From positions 593-64,592 of the forward strand of contig CAUWEA010000005.1 of assembly GCA_963557735.1 (NCBI GenBank): a DNA stretch of 64,000 nt, read 5' to 3'. The stretch's first letter is position 1; each line of letters opens with the position of its first letter. The notes under the pieces were generated by a model. It was given only the letters and a program-made list of their open reading frames with translations, was not told where the DNA came from and searched no databases. This document shows, piece after piece, positions 36,499 through 46,306 of the stretch. The DNA is from an uncultured Faecalimonas sp. GTDB lineage: Bacteria; Bacillota; Clostridia; Lachnospirales; Lachnospiraceae. A program made the position numbers and the translations under genes.

Positions 36499-37062
36499 TT
36501 ACTTGTCTTTCTTTAATTCTCTGATCCCTGTCCACCTCTGGTCTTTCTCAGAAATCGTCAGTTCCATTCCCTCCGGGATCGGCCACTCAATTCCGATATC
36601 CGGATCATTCCATGCAAGGCCGCCTTCATCGTTTGGATGATAGAAATCAGTACATTTATAAGCAAATTCTGCTGTATCAGAGAGAACTAAAAATCCATGT
36701 GCAAAATCTTTCGGAATAAAAAACTGCTTCTTATTTTCTGCTGAAAGCAGTACACCATACCATTGTCCGTATGTCTTAGAGCCTTCCCGCAGATCAACTG
36801 CCACATCAAACACTTCCCCACTCACTACACGCACGAGCTTATCCTGCGGGAAATTAATCTGAAAATGTAATCCCCTTAATACACCTTTCTTGGAGCTTGA
36901 CTGATTATCCTGAACAAATTCCATATCAATTCCCGCTTCTTTATAATCATTATAATTATATGTTTCCATAAAATATCCACGTTCATCTCCAAACACCGTT
37001 GGTGTGATCACTTTGAGCCCTTCGATTTCACATGTTTCTACTGTAATTTTTCCCATTGCCAT
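36499..37062 (-). CDS. rmlC: dTDP-4-dehydrorhamnose 3,5-epimerase
   Basis: FGDERGYFME, QDNQS.S.KGVLRGLHFQ, FAHGF and YKCTDFY motifs. Confidence 0.97.
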   Translation of the reverse strand: MAMGKITVETCEIEGLKVITPTVFGDERGYFMETYNYNDYKEAGIDMEFVQDNQSSSKKGVLRGLHFQINFPQDKLVRVVSGEVFDVAVDLREGSKTYGQWYGVLLSAENKKQFFIPKDFAHGFLVLSDTAEFAYKCTDFYHPNDEGGLAWNDPDIGIEWPIPEGMELTISEKDQRWTGIRELKKDK

Positions 37063-37095
37063 TTCCTTCTTTCTCTATTTCCGACTTACTGCTTT

Positions 37096-37965
37096 TTATA
37101 ATCCTTCTGCCACTTCCATCAGGTATTTTCCATATGCTGTTTTTAGCAGTGGCTGTGCAAGCTTGATCAGCTGTTCTTTGTCAATAAATCCTCTTTTATA
37201 TGCGATCTCTTCAATGCAGGAAATATACAGACCCTGGCGCTTCTGGAAAGCTGCCACAAAGTCTGCCGCATCTAAAAGCGCATCATGATTTCCCGTATCC
37301 AGCCATGCAAACCCACGTCCCAGCGTTTCTACATGTAAATCTCCTCTCTGCAGATATGCATTGTTGACACTTGTGATTTCGATCTCTCCGCGCGCAGACG
37401 GCTTTACATTCTTTGCGATCTCTACGACATCATTGTCATAAAAATACAATCCCGGTACTGCATAGTTTGACTTTGGATGCTCCGGCTTTTCTTCGATCGA
37501 AAGCGCCTTCCCATTTTCATCGAATTCTACTACGCCATACTCTCTTGGATCCCTTACATAGTATCCAAAAATTGTCGCTCCGGATTCACGGGATGCAACT
37601 TCTCGTAAAATTTTAGAAAAGCTCTGTCCATAAAAAATATTGTCCCCTAAGATCAGCGCCACACTGTCATCTCCGATAAATTCTTCTCCGATAATGAATG
37701 CATCTGCCAGCCCTCTTGGACTTTCCTGGACTGCATAGGACATCTTTAATCCCAGATCTTCTCCTGTTCCAAGCAGTTCCTCAAATACCGGAAGATCTCT
37801 TGGTGTAGAGATCACAAGAATCTCACGGATCCCCGCCAGCATCAGAATTGACAGCGGATAATAAATCATAGGCTTGTCATACACCGGCATGATCTGTTTT
37901 GATACCGCCTTTGTCAATGGGTATAATCTTGTTCCCGAACCACCTGCTAAAATAATACCTTTCAT
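37096..37965 (-). CDS. rmlA: Glucose-1-phosphate thymidylyltransferase
   Basis: [37 protein letters not shown] and WLDTG motifs. Confidence 0.97.
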   Translation of the reverse strand: MKGIILAGGSGTRLYPLTKAVSKQIMPVYDKPMIYYPLSILMLAGIREILVISTPRDLPVFEELLGTGEDLGLKMSYAVQESPRGLADAFIIGEEFIGDDSVALILGDNIFYGQSFSKILREVASRESGATIFGYYVRDPREYGVVEFDENGKALSIEEKPEHPKSNYAVPGLYFYDNDVVEIAKNVKPSARGEIEITSVNNAYLQRGDLHVETLGRGFAWLDTGNHDALLDAADFVAAFQKRQGLYISCIEEIAYKRGFIDKEQLIKLAQPLLKTAYGKYLMEVAEGL

Positions 37966-38057
37966 TTTAAGTACCTCCTATTTTTATATTCACATTTCTA
38001 ATCTTCTTTTATCTGGTGTACAGCAGTTTACGTCAACTATACATTAAATCACGTTGT

Positions 38058-38086
38058 ATTATAGCACTTCCAGCTGTCTTTTTCAA
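38058..38086 (-). promoter_or_regulatory. Putative strong sigmaA promoter for rmlA-rmlC-wzm-wzt
   Basis: Minus strand TTGAAA-N17-TATAAT with an extended TG. Confidence 0.7.
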
Positions 38087-38279
38087 TCTTTGAGATATTT
38101 TTCACATATTTCACACGATTTTCCATATCGCTCCCTTAGCATTCAATATTCTAATTATCATCTGGTAACGCAGAATCTTACTTTTAAAAATTGTAAGCCA
38201 TCTATATTTCTTTACAAACTTTCCTTTCCATGATACTCTGATAACAGTAGTAATAAACTGTAGAATTGAGAGGTACATT

Positions 38280-39506
38280 ATGTTTAATCCAAAAATAAGC
38301 GTTCTGATGGTAAACTATAATCATGAGCTGCATCTCCCTCTGTCAATAGAAAGCGTCTTATCACAAACTTATCAAAATTTTGAATTTATCATTGTTGATG
38401 ACGGTTCTACTGACAGCTCCCGTGAAATCATAAAAAATTATGCCGATAAAGATTCCCGGCTCAAATATTATTTTTTAGAAAAAAACTGTCATATTTGTCA
38501 CGCGACAAATTTCGGATTCCGTAAGGTAACAGGGGAATATCTGGCAAGAATCGACAGTGATGATCTCTGGTATCCTGACAAACTTCAAAAACAACTGGAT
38601 TTTATGCAAAATACTCCAAATTGTCAGGTATGTTTTTCCTGGATTGATCTGATTGACGAAAATGGAAATGATATCAACAACCATGAACGGGATCTCTACA
38701 ATTTATTTAACGGCAGTCACCCTTCCCGCCAGGAACACTGGCTGGAATTTTTCTTCGTACACGGAAACTGTCTTTCTCATCCCTCTGTACTGATGAAAAC
38801 TGAAATTCAGAAGGAAATAGGTTTATTCAATCCTGCCTATCGCCAGACTCATGACTTTGATTACTGGATCCGTATTGCGAAAAAATATCCTATTTTTGTC
38901 ATGGAAGAAAAACTGACGATTATGCGTCGTTTCTTGTCTTCCTCTACCTTAAACACAAGCTCTACTACAGAAATAGATACTACCCGCTACTTAAATGAAT
39001 ATTTACTGATTCGCAGACACTTTTTTGAAAATATGAATCCATCTTTATTCATACGTACATTTCAGTCATATTTTCGTAAACCCGATGCCTCTACTCCTGA
39101 AGAATTACTCTGTGAACAAGCATTCTTACTTGGAGACTGTATGTATGGCGGAAAACCAAACCCCATCCTCGGCCTTATGAAACTTGAAGAACTACTGTCA
39201 CAGCCCCAAACAGCTGACGTTCTCGCAGGCACTTATCACTTTACTCCTATCTCTTACTACGGTGTAAACAGTCAGCATATTTTCTGTGATTCATTTATTC
39301 AAAACGATTTAATGAATGCCAAAAATGCTTCTGATAAAATTCATTCACTTACAGAGGAACTAAATCAGTGTAAGATCCAGTTAGAAGAAGCAAAAAAGCA
39401 AGAAGAATACTTATCATCAGTTCTTCATGTAATTACCTCTTCAACATCATGGAAAGTTACCGCTCCTATCCGCCACACACTCGATTTTTTCAAAAAGAAA
39501 CATTAA
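38280..39506 (+). CDS. GT2 glycosyltransferase with a C-terminal coiled coil and SWKVTAPIR motif, inverted relative to the locus
   Basis: VLMVNYNH, IVDDGSTD, RIDSDD and THDFDYW motifs; heptad-rich region at about aa 350-385; RBS GAGAGG. Confidence 0.88.
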   Translation: MFNPKISVLMVNYNHELHLPLSIESVLSQTYQNFEFIIVDDGSTDSSREIIKNYADKDSRLKYYFLEKNCHICHATNFGFRKVTGEYLARIDSDDLWYPDKLQKQLDFMQNTPNCQVCFSWIDLIDENGNDINNHERDLYNLFNGSHPSRQEHWLEFFFVHGNCLSHPSVLMKTEIQKEIGLFNPAYRQTHDFDYWIRIAKKYPIFVMEEKLTIMRRFLSSSTLNTSSTTEIDTTRYLNEYLLIRRHFFENMNPSLFIRTFQSYFRKPDASTPEELLCEQAFLLGDCMYGGKPNPILGLMKLEELLSQPQTADVLAGTYHFTPISYYGVNSQHIFCDSFIQNDLMNAKNASDKIHSLTEELNQCKIQLEEAKKQEEYLSSVLHVITSSTSWKVTAPIRHTLDFFKKKH

Positions 39507-39527
39507 TCCATCTGATCTTCTGCTTAA

Positions 39528-39576
39528 AAAAGACCGCCTCTTATATATTGTTATCTATATAAGAGTACGGTCTTTT
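39528..39576. terminator. Bidirectional terminator between the inverted GT and rmlB
   Basis: aaaagaccg-c-ctcttatata pairs with tatataagag-ta-cggtctttt; A/T runs on both sides. Confidence 0.75.
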
Positions 39577-39600
39577 ATTTTAGAGCCTTATTTTAAATTG

Positions 39601-40677
39601 TTATTTATACATCTCTTCATAATATTTCTGATAATCACCGCTTGTAACATTCTTCATCCAGTCCTCATTCTCAAAGAACCATTTGATTGTAAGCCTGATT
39701 CCCTCTTCAAACATAGTATCCGGGACCCAGCCTACTTCTTTCTTGATTTTGTCCGGCGCAATCGCATATCTTCTGTCATGCCCTTTTCTGTCAGTCACAT
39801 ATGTGATCAGATTCTCGCTGACAAGTTCTTTTCTCGGATCTCCTTCCGGAAGCATCTCCTGAAGTGTATCGAGAATAATATGAATGATCTCGATATTCTG
39901 TTTTTCATTATGTCCGCCAATGTTATACGTCTCGAACAGTCTTCCTTTTTCCTGAACCATGTCAATTCCTTTTGCATGGTCTTTTACATATAACCAGTCT
40001 CTGACATTCTTTCCATCGCCATATACCGGAAGTTGTTTCCCCTGAAGCGCATTATTGATGATCAGCGGAATTAATTTTTCAGGAAACTGATATGGTCCGT
40101 AGTTATTGCTGCAATTTGTAATATTTGCAGGGAATTTGTAAGTATCCATATAAGATTTTACAAGCATATCTGAAGAAGCTTTGCTTGCTGAATATGGGCT
40201 GTGTGGATCGTAAGGAGTTGTCTCATAGAAATACTCTCCTTCTTCTTCTAACGATCCATATACTTCATCGGTTGAAACATGGAGGAACTTCTTATCTTCT
40301 TTAAATGTTCCATCTTCCAGCTCCCATGCAGCTTTTGCCGCATTGAGCATTACTAATGTTCCTAATACGTTTGTCTTTACGAATACATCTGGATTCTTGA
40401 TACTTCTGTCAACATGACTTTCTGCTGCAAAGTGTACCACACGGTCAATATCATTTTCTTCAAAAATCTTATTGATCGCCTCCGCATCACAAATATCTGC
40501 TTTTACAAATGTATAGTTATCTCTATCTTCCACATCTTTCAAATTTTCAAGATTTCCCGCATAAGTAAGCTTGTCAACATTAATGATACGAATTTCATTG
40601 TCATATTTTTTAAACATATAATGAATGTAATTTGAACCAATGAATCCTGCTCCACCTGTTACTAAATATGTTCTCAT
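39601..40677 (-). CDS. rmlB: dTDP-glucose 4,6-dehydratase
   Basis: TGGAGFIGSN, DKLTYAGN, HFAAESHVDRS, VSTDEVYG, YSASK and NNYGPYQFPEK motifs. Confidence 0.97.
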   Translation of the reverse strand: MRTYLVTGGAGFIGSNYIHYMFKKYDNEIRIINVDKLTYAGNLENLKDVEDRDNYTFVKADICDAEAINKIFEENDIDRVVHFAAESHVDRSIKNPDVFVKTNVLGTLVMLNAAKAAWELEDGTFKEDKKFLHVSTDEVYGSLEEEGEYFYETTPYDPHSPYSASKASSDMLVKSYMDTYKFPANITNCSNNYGPYQFPEKLIPLIINNALQGKQLPVYGDGKNVRDWLYVKDHAKGIDMVQEKGRLFETYNIGGHNEKQNIEIIHIILDTLQEMLPEGDPRKELVSENLITYVTDRKGHDRRYAIAPDKIKKEVGWVPDTMFEEGIRLTIKWFFENEDWMKNVTSGDYQKYYEEMYK

Positions 40678-40757
40678 AGTTATCCTCCATCTTCAAACTT
40701 TCTTATAGTCATTATACTCATATAGCATCCTATATTCAAGTTTTTTCTCACTTATCC

Positions 40758-42869
40758 TTACGATTTATAAATTACTTCATAAATCCAGCAGCCGTCCTCA
40801 CAATATATTTCTGAAAATCCTATTTTTTCGTTACTTTCCACCGGAACCTGTGAAAAAATATATTTTGCTCCCGTCTTTTCTATATCACTGTATGCTAATT
40901 TGATCCGAATTGCATCTGGACTTACCTCTTGAAATCTCGTCACTCCTTCTACAAAATCAATATCTATATGTGCATATCTATTATATATTCTCTCATAACT
41001 ATGATTTACATCTAATCTTTCCCAAAGTTCCATATTAGGATAAAAATTCACAAAATTTATTGTTTTGGCTCCGCACATAGTGATAAAGGATGCATTCCCC
41101 GTACCATCGAGAGCAATCCATTTCGCATCTGGATCCTTTTCCACAATTTTTTCTATTTGCTGTGCTACTGGTTTTGCATAAATAGTATCCAGACCTTTTG
41201 AAACAGGTCTGATATAAATACCGGTAATAATGGATATTATAACTATTCCTGCACAAAAAACTTTTCTTATATTTTTCTTAACATTGAATAATAAAACAAT
41301 GCCTCCCACACTGATGATTCCTGCCATCAGTATTACTGAGAAGTCTGATAAATATTCCGGATAACTCTGTTTGGAAAAAAATACTGCACTACCTGCTACG
41401 ATTGCAGAAACAGCAGCAGCTATCCAAATTGGAAATTTTCTTTCGCCTGCATAACGGGACATTAAAATTACAATAAAATATATTTGTATATATCCTATGA
41501 TATCTACTACTCTTTCCGGCATACTATAACTTAACAATGTAATATCAGCTATAGTTTCAGGCAACCCTGCTGTTATATATATAAGCATAGGAATACTAAT
41601 CAGTAAAAGCCCTCCTACAAGCCAGTCTTTCTTTTTTGATTTTATCCAACAGTATCCTGCTGCTAATGTAGGAATTGGAAAAAAGCTAAAAAACACTCCT
41701 GCTTCTGATGCATTTCCCACATCCTTGTAAGCATAAAATGGTGACTGAATATAATAAAACAATTTATCAATTTTGAATCCTCCGCACTCTCTTCTATCAC
41801 CCGGATATGCTGTTTTCATGATTGTCTGTATATACTCAATATTATCTAAAAAATATGAAAGAATCAGTAGAGCAGACGCTACAAGACTTATTATTATCAG
41901 CCCCCACTGTTTCCAGTTTAATGTCTTTAATTCCTCCCATTTTTTTCGAATCACCCATATAGCAATCACCAAAAATAAATATCCAAGCGGAACTTGCCAT
42001 GCCGGATATAAATTTACCACAAAATTGCTGAATGCCAATGAAAATCCAATTGCAAATAAAATTTTCTTCCGTGTTGACTTCGAATCCAAAAAATAATATG
42101 CACAGACAATACTGGCCTCTCCTGCTATGAACAAGAACGGAAAACTCCACCAAAGCCAAAAAGAGGAAGATATGACTAAAAAAGCTCCCATAGTGGAAAC
42201 TAATGCATTCCTTCTCGAAATGATCAGAAACATTTCAATCGTTACAAGAAATGCAAGAATGATCGGAAAATACCAGTAAAAGCTAAACGCATATTCTAAC
42301 GGTAATATAAGAAATATTAATTTCCATGGCGCTTGTGCAACCGTTCCTAATCTGGCGCTGACCCCATATACGCCATTAACGGTTTTTGTTCCTCTTGCAA
42401 TCTCTGTATACTGACCATAGGGATTTTCCCCTTTCCCCGATGCCAGCACTGAAGGAGAATTAACTCTATACTCATCTGAACGGATATACCGTTCTTCCCC
42501 AATAAACGGCGTCCCTAATTCTGTTTGCAAATTAGGCTGAATATAATTATAGCAGGCCAGTGAATCTCCATTATATTTATTTACCACAAGAAATGCTAAG
42601 ACAACTCCTCCTAGAAACCATCGGTATTGAAATATTTTTGTGTACAGACTCTTTATATCAACTATGAAATGAAGCTCTGTAAAGAAGAGAATTGGACTTA
42701 AAATAATCGCCCGATTCAGCATAACCTGCTTTCTCATATCTCTCAATGCAGTTATAATAGAAGGATTTTCCCACATATGGCTTGTTATAAAAGTAGAAAT
42801 CATTAGCGACAAAAAAATTGCTACAAAAAAAGCTCCAATTACTTTACTTATCTTTTCTCTATTTTCCAT
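40758..42869 (-). CDS. Polytopic membrane protein, probable GT-C fold transferase
   Basis: About 13 hydrophobic segments, acidic SDEY motif in a large early loop, soluble C-terminal domain; follows DUF2304 and a DPM-like GT. ATG 42869. Confidence 0.6.
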   Translation of the reverse strand: MENREKISKVIGAFFVAIFLSLMISTFITSHMWENPSIITALRDMRKQVMLNRAIILSPILFFTELHFIVDIKSLYTKIFQYRWFLGGVVLAFLVVNKYNGDSLACYNYIQPNLQTELGTPFIGEERYIRSDEYRVNSPSVLASGKGENPYGQYTEIARGTKTVNGVYGVSARLGTVAQAPWKLIFLILPLEYAFSFYWYFPIILAFLVTIEMFLIISRRNALVSTMGAFLVISSSFWLWWSFPFLFIAGEASIVCAYYFLDSKSTRKKILFAIGFSLAFSNFVVNLYPAWQVPLGYLFLVIAIWVIRKKWEELKTLNWKQWGLIIISLVASALLILSYFLDNIEYIQTIMKTAYPGDRRECGGFKIDKLFYYIQSPFYAYKDVGNASEAGVFFSFFPIPTLAAGYCWIKSKKKDWLVGGLLLISIPMLIYITAGLPETIADITLLSYSMPERVVDIIGYIQIYFIVILMSRYAGERKFPIWIAAAVSAIVAGSAVFFSKQSYPEYLSDFSVILMAGIISVGGIVLLFNVKKNIRKVFCAGIVIISIITGIYIRPVSKGLDTIYAKPVAQQIEKIVEKDPDAKWIALDGTGNASFITMCGAKTINFVNFYPNMELWERLDVNHSYERIYNRYAHIDIDFVEGVTRFQEVSPDAIRIKLAYSDIEKTGAKYIFSQVPVESNEKIGFSEIYCEDGCWIYEVIYKS

Positions 42870-43206
42870 CTGCTTCACCTTTATTTTTCATTAACGCAAT
42901 TTCCTGCGCAAGCCTTTTTACTTTCACCGTAAGCTTTGATACAACAACTGTCAGAACAAATATCACCATTAAAGAAAAGCAAAATCCAAAGAAAAATAAC
43001 ATATTAATAGGTGTTCCGATTCCCATGATTTTAGACATTTCTGTAATCAAATCAGGAAAACAGTCAAGGATCAGTATCCCCACACCCAGCGCAAACCATG
43101 ATAAAGCATATCTCAACTCCAATTGTTTATTCCTGATCATCATAACGACAATTCCCATTGCAATCATAATAATAACCGCTACAATTAACTGTATTTTAAT
43201 ATCCAT
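42859..43206 (-). CDS. DUF2304 family small membrane protein (GacJ-like)
   Basis: 115 aa, three TMs, L.YAL.W, ...MGI..P.N.LF and ...L.QEIAL C-terminal coil. Confidence 0.8.
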   Translation of the reverse strand: MDIKIQLIVAVIIMIAMGIVVMMIRNKQLELRYALSWFALGVGILILDCFPDLITEMSKIMGIGTPINMLFFFGFCFSLMVIFVLTVVVSKLTVKVKRLAQEIALMKNKGEADGK

Positions 43207-43215
43207 CTTCTCCTC

Positions 43216-43905
43216 CTATTTTCTAATTCTCTCAATCAAAATTGCAAGTGACACTTTTATCATGTAATATACTGATTTTTTCATTGAAATAGATGAAACT
43301 CCACCGCTTCTTTCTCGCATGATCACAGGTATCTCCATTACTTTTTTCTTTCTTCTCAAAATGGCTACAACACTTTCAGGCTCTGGATAGTCCTTTGGAT
43401 ATTCTTCCGCAAAAAATTCTATAATCTCTCTATTGACCATTCGTAACCCCGATGTGGGATCTGTTATATTTACTCCCGTGAGTAATTTAATCAACATTGT
43501 GAAATATTTAATCCCTATACGCCTGGCACCTGATGACTGAAACCCTTCCTTATTAATAAACCGGGAACCGATTACCATATCTGCACCTTCATTCTCCATA
43601 TAGACTGCCATTTTACTTAAAAACTTCGGATCGTGCTGTCCATCTCCGTCCACTTGAACAGCAATATCATATCCATTTCTTGCTGCATACAAATATCCCG
43701 TCTGAACTGCCCCTCCAATCCCCAAATTTACTGGCAAATGAACAACATTAAAATTTTCTTTCTCACAAATCTCCTTTGTTCTGTCAGTAGAACAATCGTT
43801 TATTATAATGTAATCAAACCCTGGAGCGTTTTTTATAATATCTTCAACTGTATTTTTTATACTTTCCTGCTCGTTATAGGCAGGAATGATAATTAATCTT
43901 TTCAT
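43216..43905 (-). CDS. DPM-synthase-like GT2 (undecaprenyl-phosphate glycosyltransferase, GacI/GtrB-like)
   Basis: IIIPAYNE, INDCSTD, NLGIGGAVQTG, VDGDGQHDP, DPTSG and DYPEPE motifs. Confidence 0.85.
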   Translation of the reverse strand: MKRLIIIPAYNEQESIKNTVEDIIKNAPGFDYIIINDCSTDRTKEICEKENFNVVHLPVNLGIGGAVQTGYLYAARNGYDIAVQVDGDGQHDPKFLSKMAVYMENEGADMVIGSRFINKEGFQSSGARRIGIKYFTMLIKLLTGVNITDPTSGLRMVNREIIEFFAEEYPKDYPEPESVVAILRRKKKVMEIPVIMRERSGGVSSISMKKSVYYMIKVSLAILIERIRK

Positions 43906-43931
43906 ATTTTCTCCTACTTGTTTCATCTACT

Positions 43932-44723
43932 CTATGATAACTCATTCGACTTTTCACTCGCCGAATACCATTTTGTCAGTATCTTTGCAATTTTTTTTGG
44001 CCAGAATTTACAGAACATAATATAATCTTCCTTACTTCTCGCATTGTTTCCGAGAATCTTGGATGTCTCTGACTCTTCATGGATTCTGTGTCCCATCAGA
44101 ATTTCTTTGTCATAAACAAATTCTCCTTTGAATCTGGACAGAAATTCCCATGCTTCCCAGTCCTCATCCGCTGCAAACCCAGGCTTAAAAACTGTTTCCG
44201 GAAGATTCTTCCGGGCAAATGCAACCGATGGACAACAAATTGGGGATCCAAGTGATAGAATTCTTCTTCTTACAAATCTGCTTTTTTGAAATGCTTTGAC
44301 CCTGAGCGGCAGCAACAACATTCTTTTGATTTTCAAAAGCTTATTATCTGTCACCCGTTTTCCGTCCCTCAATTCAGCATAATCAGTAAAAAATATCAAA
44401 GGCTTCCTGGCCTTTTCCAATCCTCTGACCGCATGTTCTGCATAGTTTTCAAAATAAACATCATCCTGGTGTGTAATGGTAACAAAATCCGTATCTGCCT
44501 TTTTATATGCATAGTTCCAGTCCTGAACAATCCCTGCTTCCCCTTCATTTACATAAACTGGAATTTCATATTTTTGAGCAAGATTGCTGATATATTCATT
44601 TGGGGTGGATGTCACCAGTAAAATATCACTCTTCAGTGTCTGTTTTTTTAAAGACTGTATACATTCCTCCAAAAACTCACTCTCTTTATACGCGCAAATT
44701 GCAAATGTATGTTTATTTTTCAT
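43932..44723 (-). CDS. GT2 glycosyltransferase
   Basis: FAICAYKE, DWNYAY, HQDD, ICCPSV, DWEAW and HRIHEESET motifs. Confidence 0.82.
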   Translation of the reverse strand: MKNKHTFAICAYKESEFLEECIQSLKKQTLKSDILLVTSTPNEYISNLAQKYEIPVYVNEGEAGIVQDWNYAYKKADTDFVTITHQDDVYFENYAEHAVRGLEKARKPLIFFTDYAELRDGKRVTDNKLLKIKRMLLLPLRVKAFQKSRFVRRRILSLGSPICCPSVAFARKNLPETVFKPGFAADEDWEAWEFLSRFKGEFVYDKEILMGHRIHEESETSKILGNNARSKEDYIMFCKFWPKKIAKILTKWYSASEKSNELS

Positions 44724-46002
44724 TTTTCTTTTTTCCTCTCCACATATCGTAAATTATGAATAGCATAAATACCGCCAGCAATACAGTCACTGAAATCAGA
44801 TAGCTAAGACTTGCTCCCCGGATAGCATACTTCCTTACAAACAAATCTGAGATCAGAAACGCTGTTATGGCTTCTGCACCATATCCGATCAATGCATAAC
44901 TTTGTTTTCTCATGATCGTCAAAATATAATACAAGAAAAATGCAAGCGCATTTACCCCTCCTGCCAACAACAAGATCAGCAGATCTGCCTTATATTTTTT
45001 CAAAGGAATTCCGTACAGCAGTGAAAGCACTGGAATTCCAAGCAGCCATGCTCCTGCAATACAGATTCCCGTCACAACAATGATCACTGCGAATACTTTT
45101 AAAATCACCTGTAAAAACTGTCTTTTTCTTCTGTTCTCATAATCTTCTGCCATCACAGACAATAGCGGCTTGAACACAAACGTGCTAAATAGATTGATGA
45201 TCATAACAGGCATAAAGATTGCGGCATAGTATAGCTGATAATTCTCATCCAGCACTTTATCCACTGACATTCTGGAAGCGCTGTAGACATATGTATTTAA
45301 AAAGCAGCTAAGAAATAGCGGAAGACATTCTTTTAGCACATTTCTTACTTTTTCCCATTGAAAAGCAAGCCTTTCTTTCTCATAGAAATGAAGTACCTTT
45401 TGATTTACTATAAAAATCAGAAATACAGAATAAAGGATCATGCTGATAACTGCAATCATCAGATCATGTGTCAGCAAAATCATACCCGTCAAAACAATGA
45501 TCCCGCCTGCCACTCTCCAGAATAGTAATTTCCCGGCAATATCGATCCTGCCATATCGCTGAAGTTCCCCTTCCTGTACATCAGAATATCCATCTAATAT
45601 TTTATAAATACAAAGCAGCGCCAAAATCATGCACTTTTCAGCAGTATTCCCCTGGAACAGAATATAAATCCCCCCTGCCAGGACTGCCGCCGTACAACAG
45701 ATTATTTTCGCAAAAAAATAATCCGAATATCCATAAGTCCTTGCAACATCTGTTACCTGAAATGTCCGGATTTCAAAATATGCAATTGTTCCGATCCACT
45801 GTCCGATCGCAAGTGCAAATGAAAATAGTCCTCCTGCCTTTTCGCCTAGAAGCTGTGCTACGATCACAGTAAAAAGCATTGTTGCAGCTGCCAACATACC
45901 TGTTCCGATCGTATTCCACAAAAAATTATTTCTCGTATTTGTCTCTTCCGAACCAAAAATTCTCTGAATGATTTTTTCTCCCATTTTATATTCTCTATCC
46001 AC
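44713..46002 (-). CDS. wzx: Wzx/MOP-family polysaccharide flippase
   Basis: About 12 TMs, N..WN..G N-terminal pattern and ECLPLF mid-protein motif. Confidence 0.8.
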   Translation of the reverse strand: MDREYKMGEKIIQRIFGSEETNTRNNFLWNTIGTGMLAAATMLFTVIVAQLLGEKAGGLFSFALAIGQWIGTIAYFEIRTFQVTDVARTYGYSDYFFAKIICCTAAVLAGGIYILFQGNTAEKCMILALLCIYKILDGYSDVQEGELQRYGRIDIAGKLLFWRVAGGIIVLTGMILLTHDLMIAVISMILYSVFLIFIVNQKVLHFYEKERLAFQWEKVRNVLKECLPLFLSCFLNTYVYSASRMSVDKVLDENYQLYYAAIFMPVMIINLFSTFVFKPLLSVMAEDYENRRKRQFLQVILKVFAVIIVVTGICIAGAWLLGIPVLSLLYGIPLKKYKADLLILLLAGGVNALAFFLYYILTIMRKQSYALIGYGAEAITAFLISDLFVRKYAIRGASLSYLISVTVLLAVFMLFIIYDMWRGKKKNEK

Positions 46003-46022
46003 TCCATATATACTAACAAGTT

Positions 46023-46051
46023 ATTATAACATTTTTTCTATTTAATCACAA
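46023..46051 (-). promoter_or_regulatory. Putative sigmaA promoter for the flippase/side-chain operon
   Basis: Minus strand TTGTGA-N17-TATAAT with an extended TG. Confidence 0.6.
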
Positions 46052-46163
46052 CGTTCACAGAATACTTTCCATAATATTTTCAAAGCTAAACTATAACCTT
46101 CCTTTTCTTTCATTTCTATTTAACTATTCTCATCACTTTCCAAAATCTACTGTAAACTTCAAA

Positions 46164-46203
46164 AAGTGCTGCCTTACGATATAGTTCAGTAAGTACAGCA
46201 CTT
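46164..46203 (-). terminator. Probable terminator after the SLH amidase gene
   Basis: aagtgctg..cttac / gtaag..cagcactt stem followed by TTTTT on the minus strand. Confidence 0.55.
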
Positions 46204-46306
46204 CTTGACAATTTTCAATTTTTTCAGGTTTTTATATTACATCAGCCGTAATGTCCTCATCCAGTTTCTTATTATTTTTCTATTCTACATAGAGCAATAC
46301 ACCTCT

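Noticed and set aside
37966-39600. Invertible phase-variation switch around the inverted GT
   Set aside because: I found no flanking inverted repeats and no recombinase in the window; only short AT-rich similarities are present.
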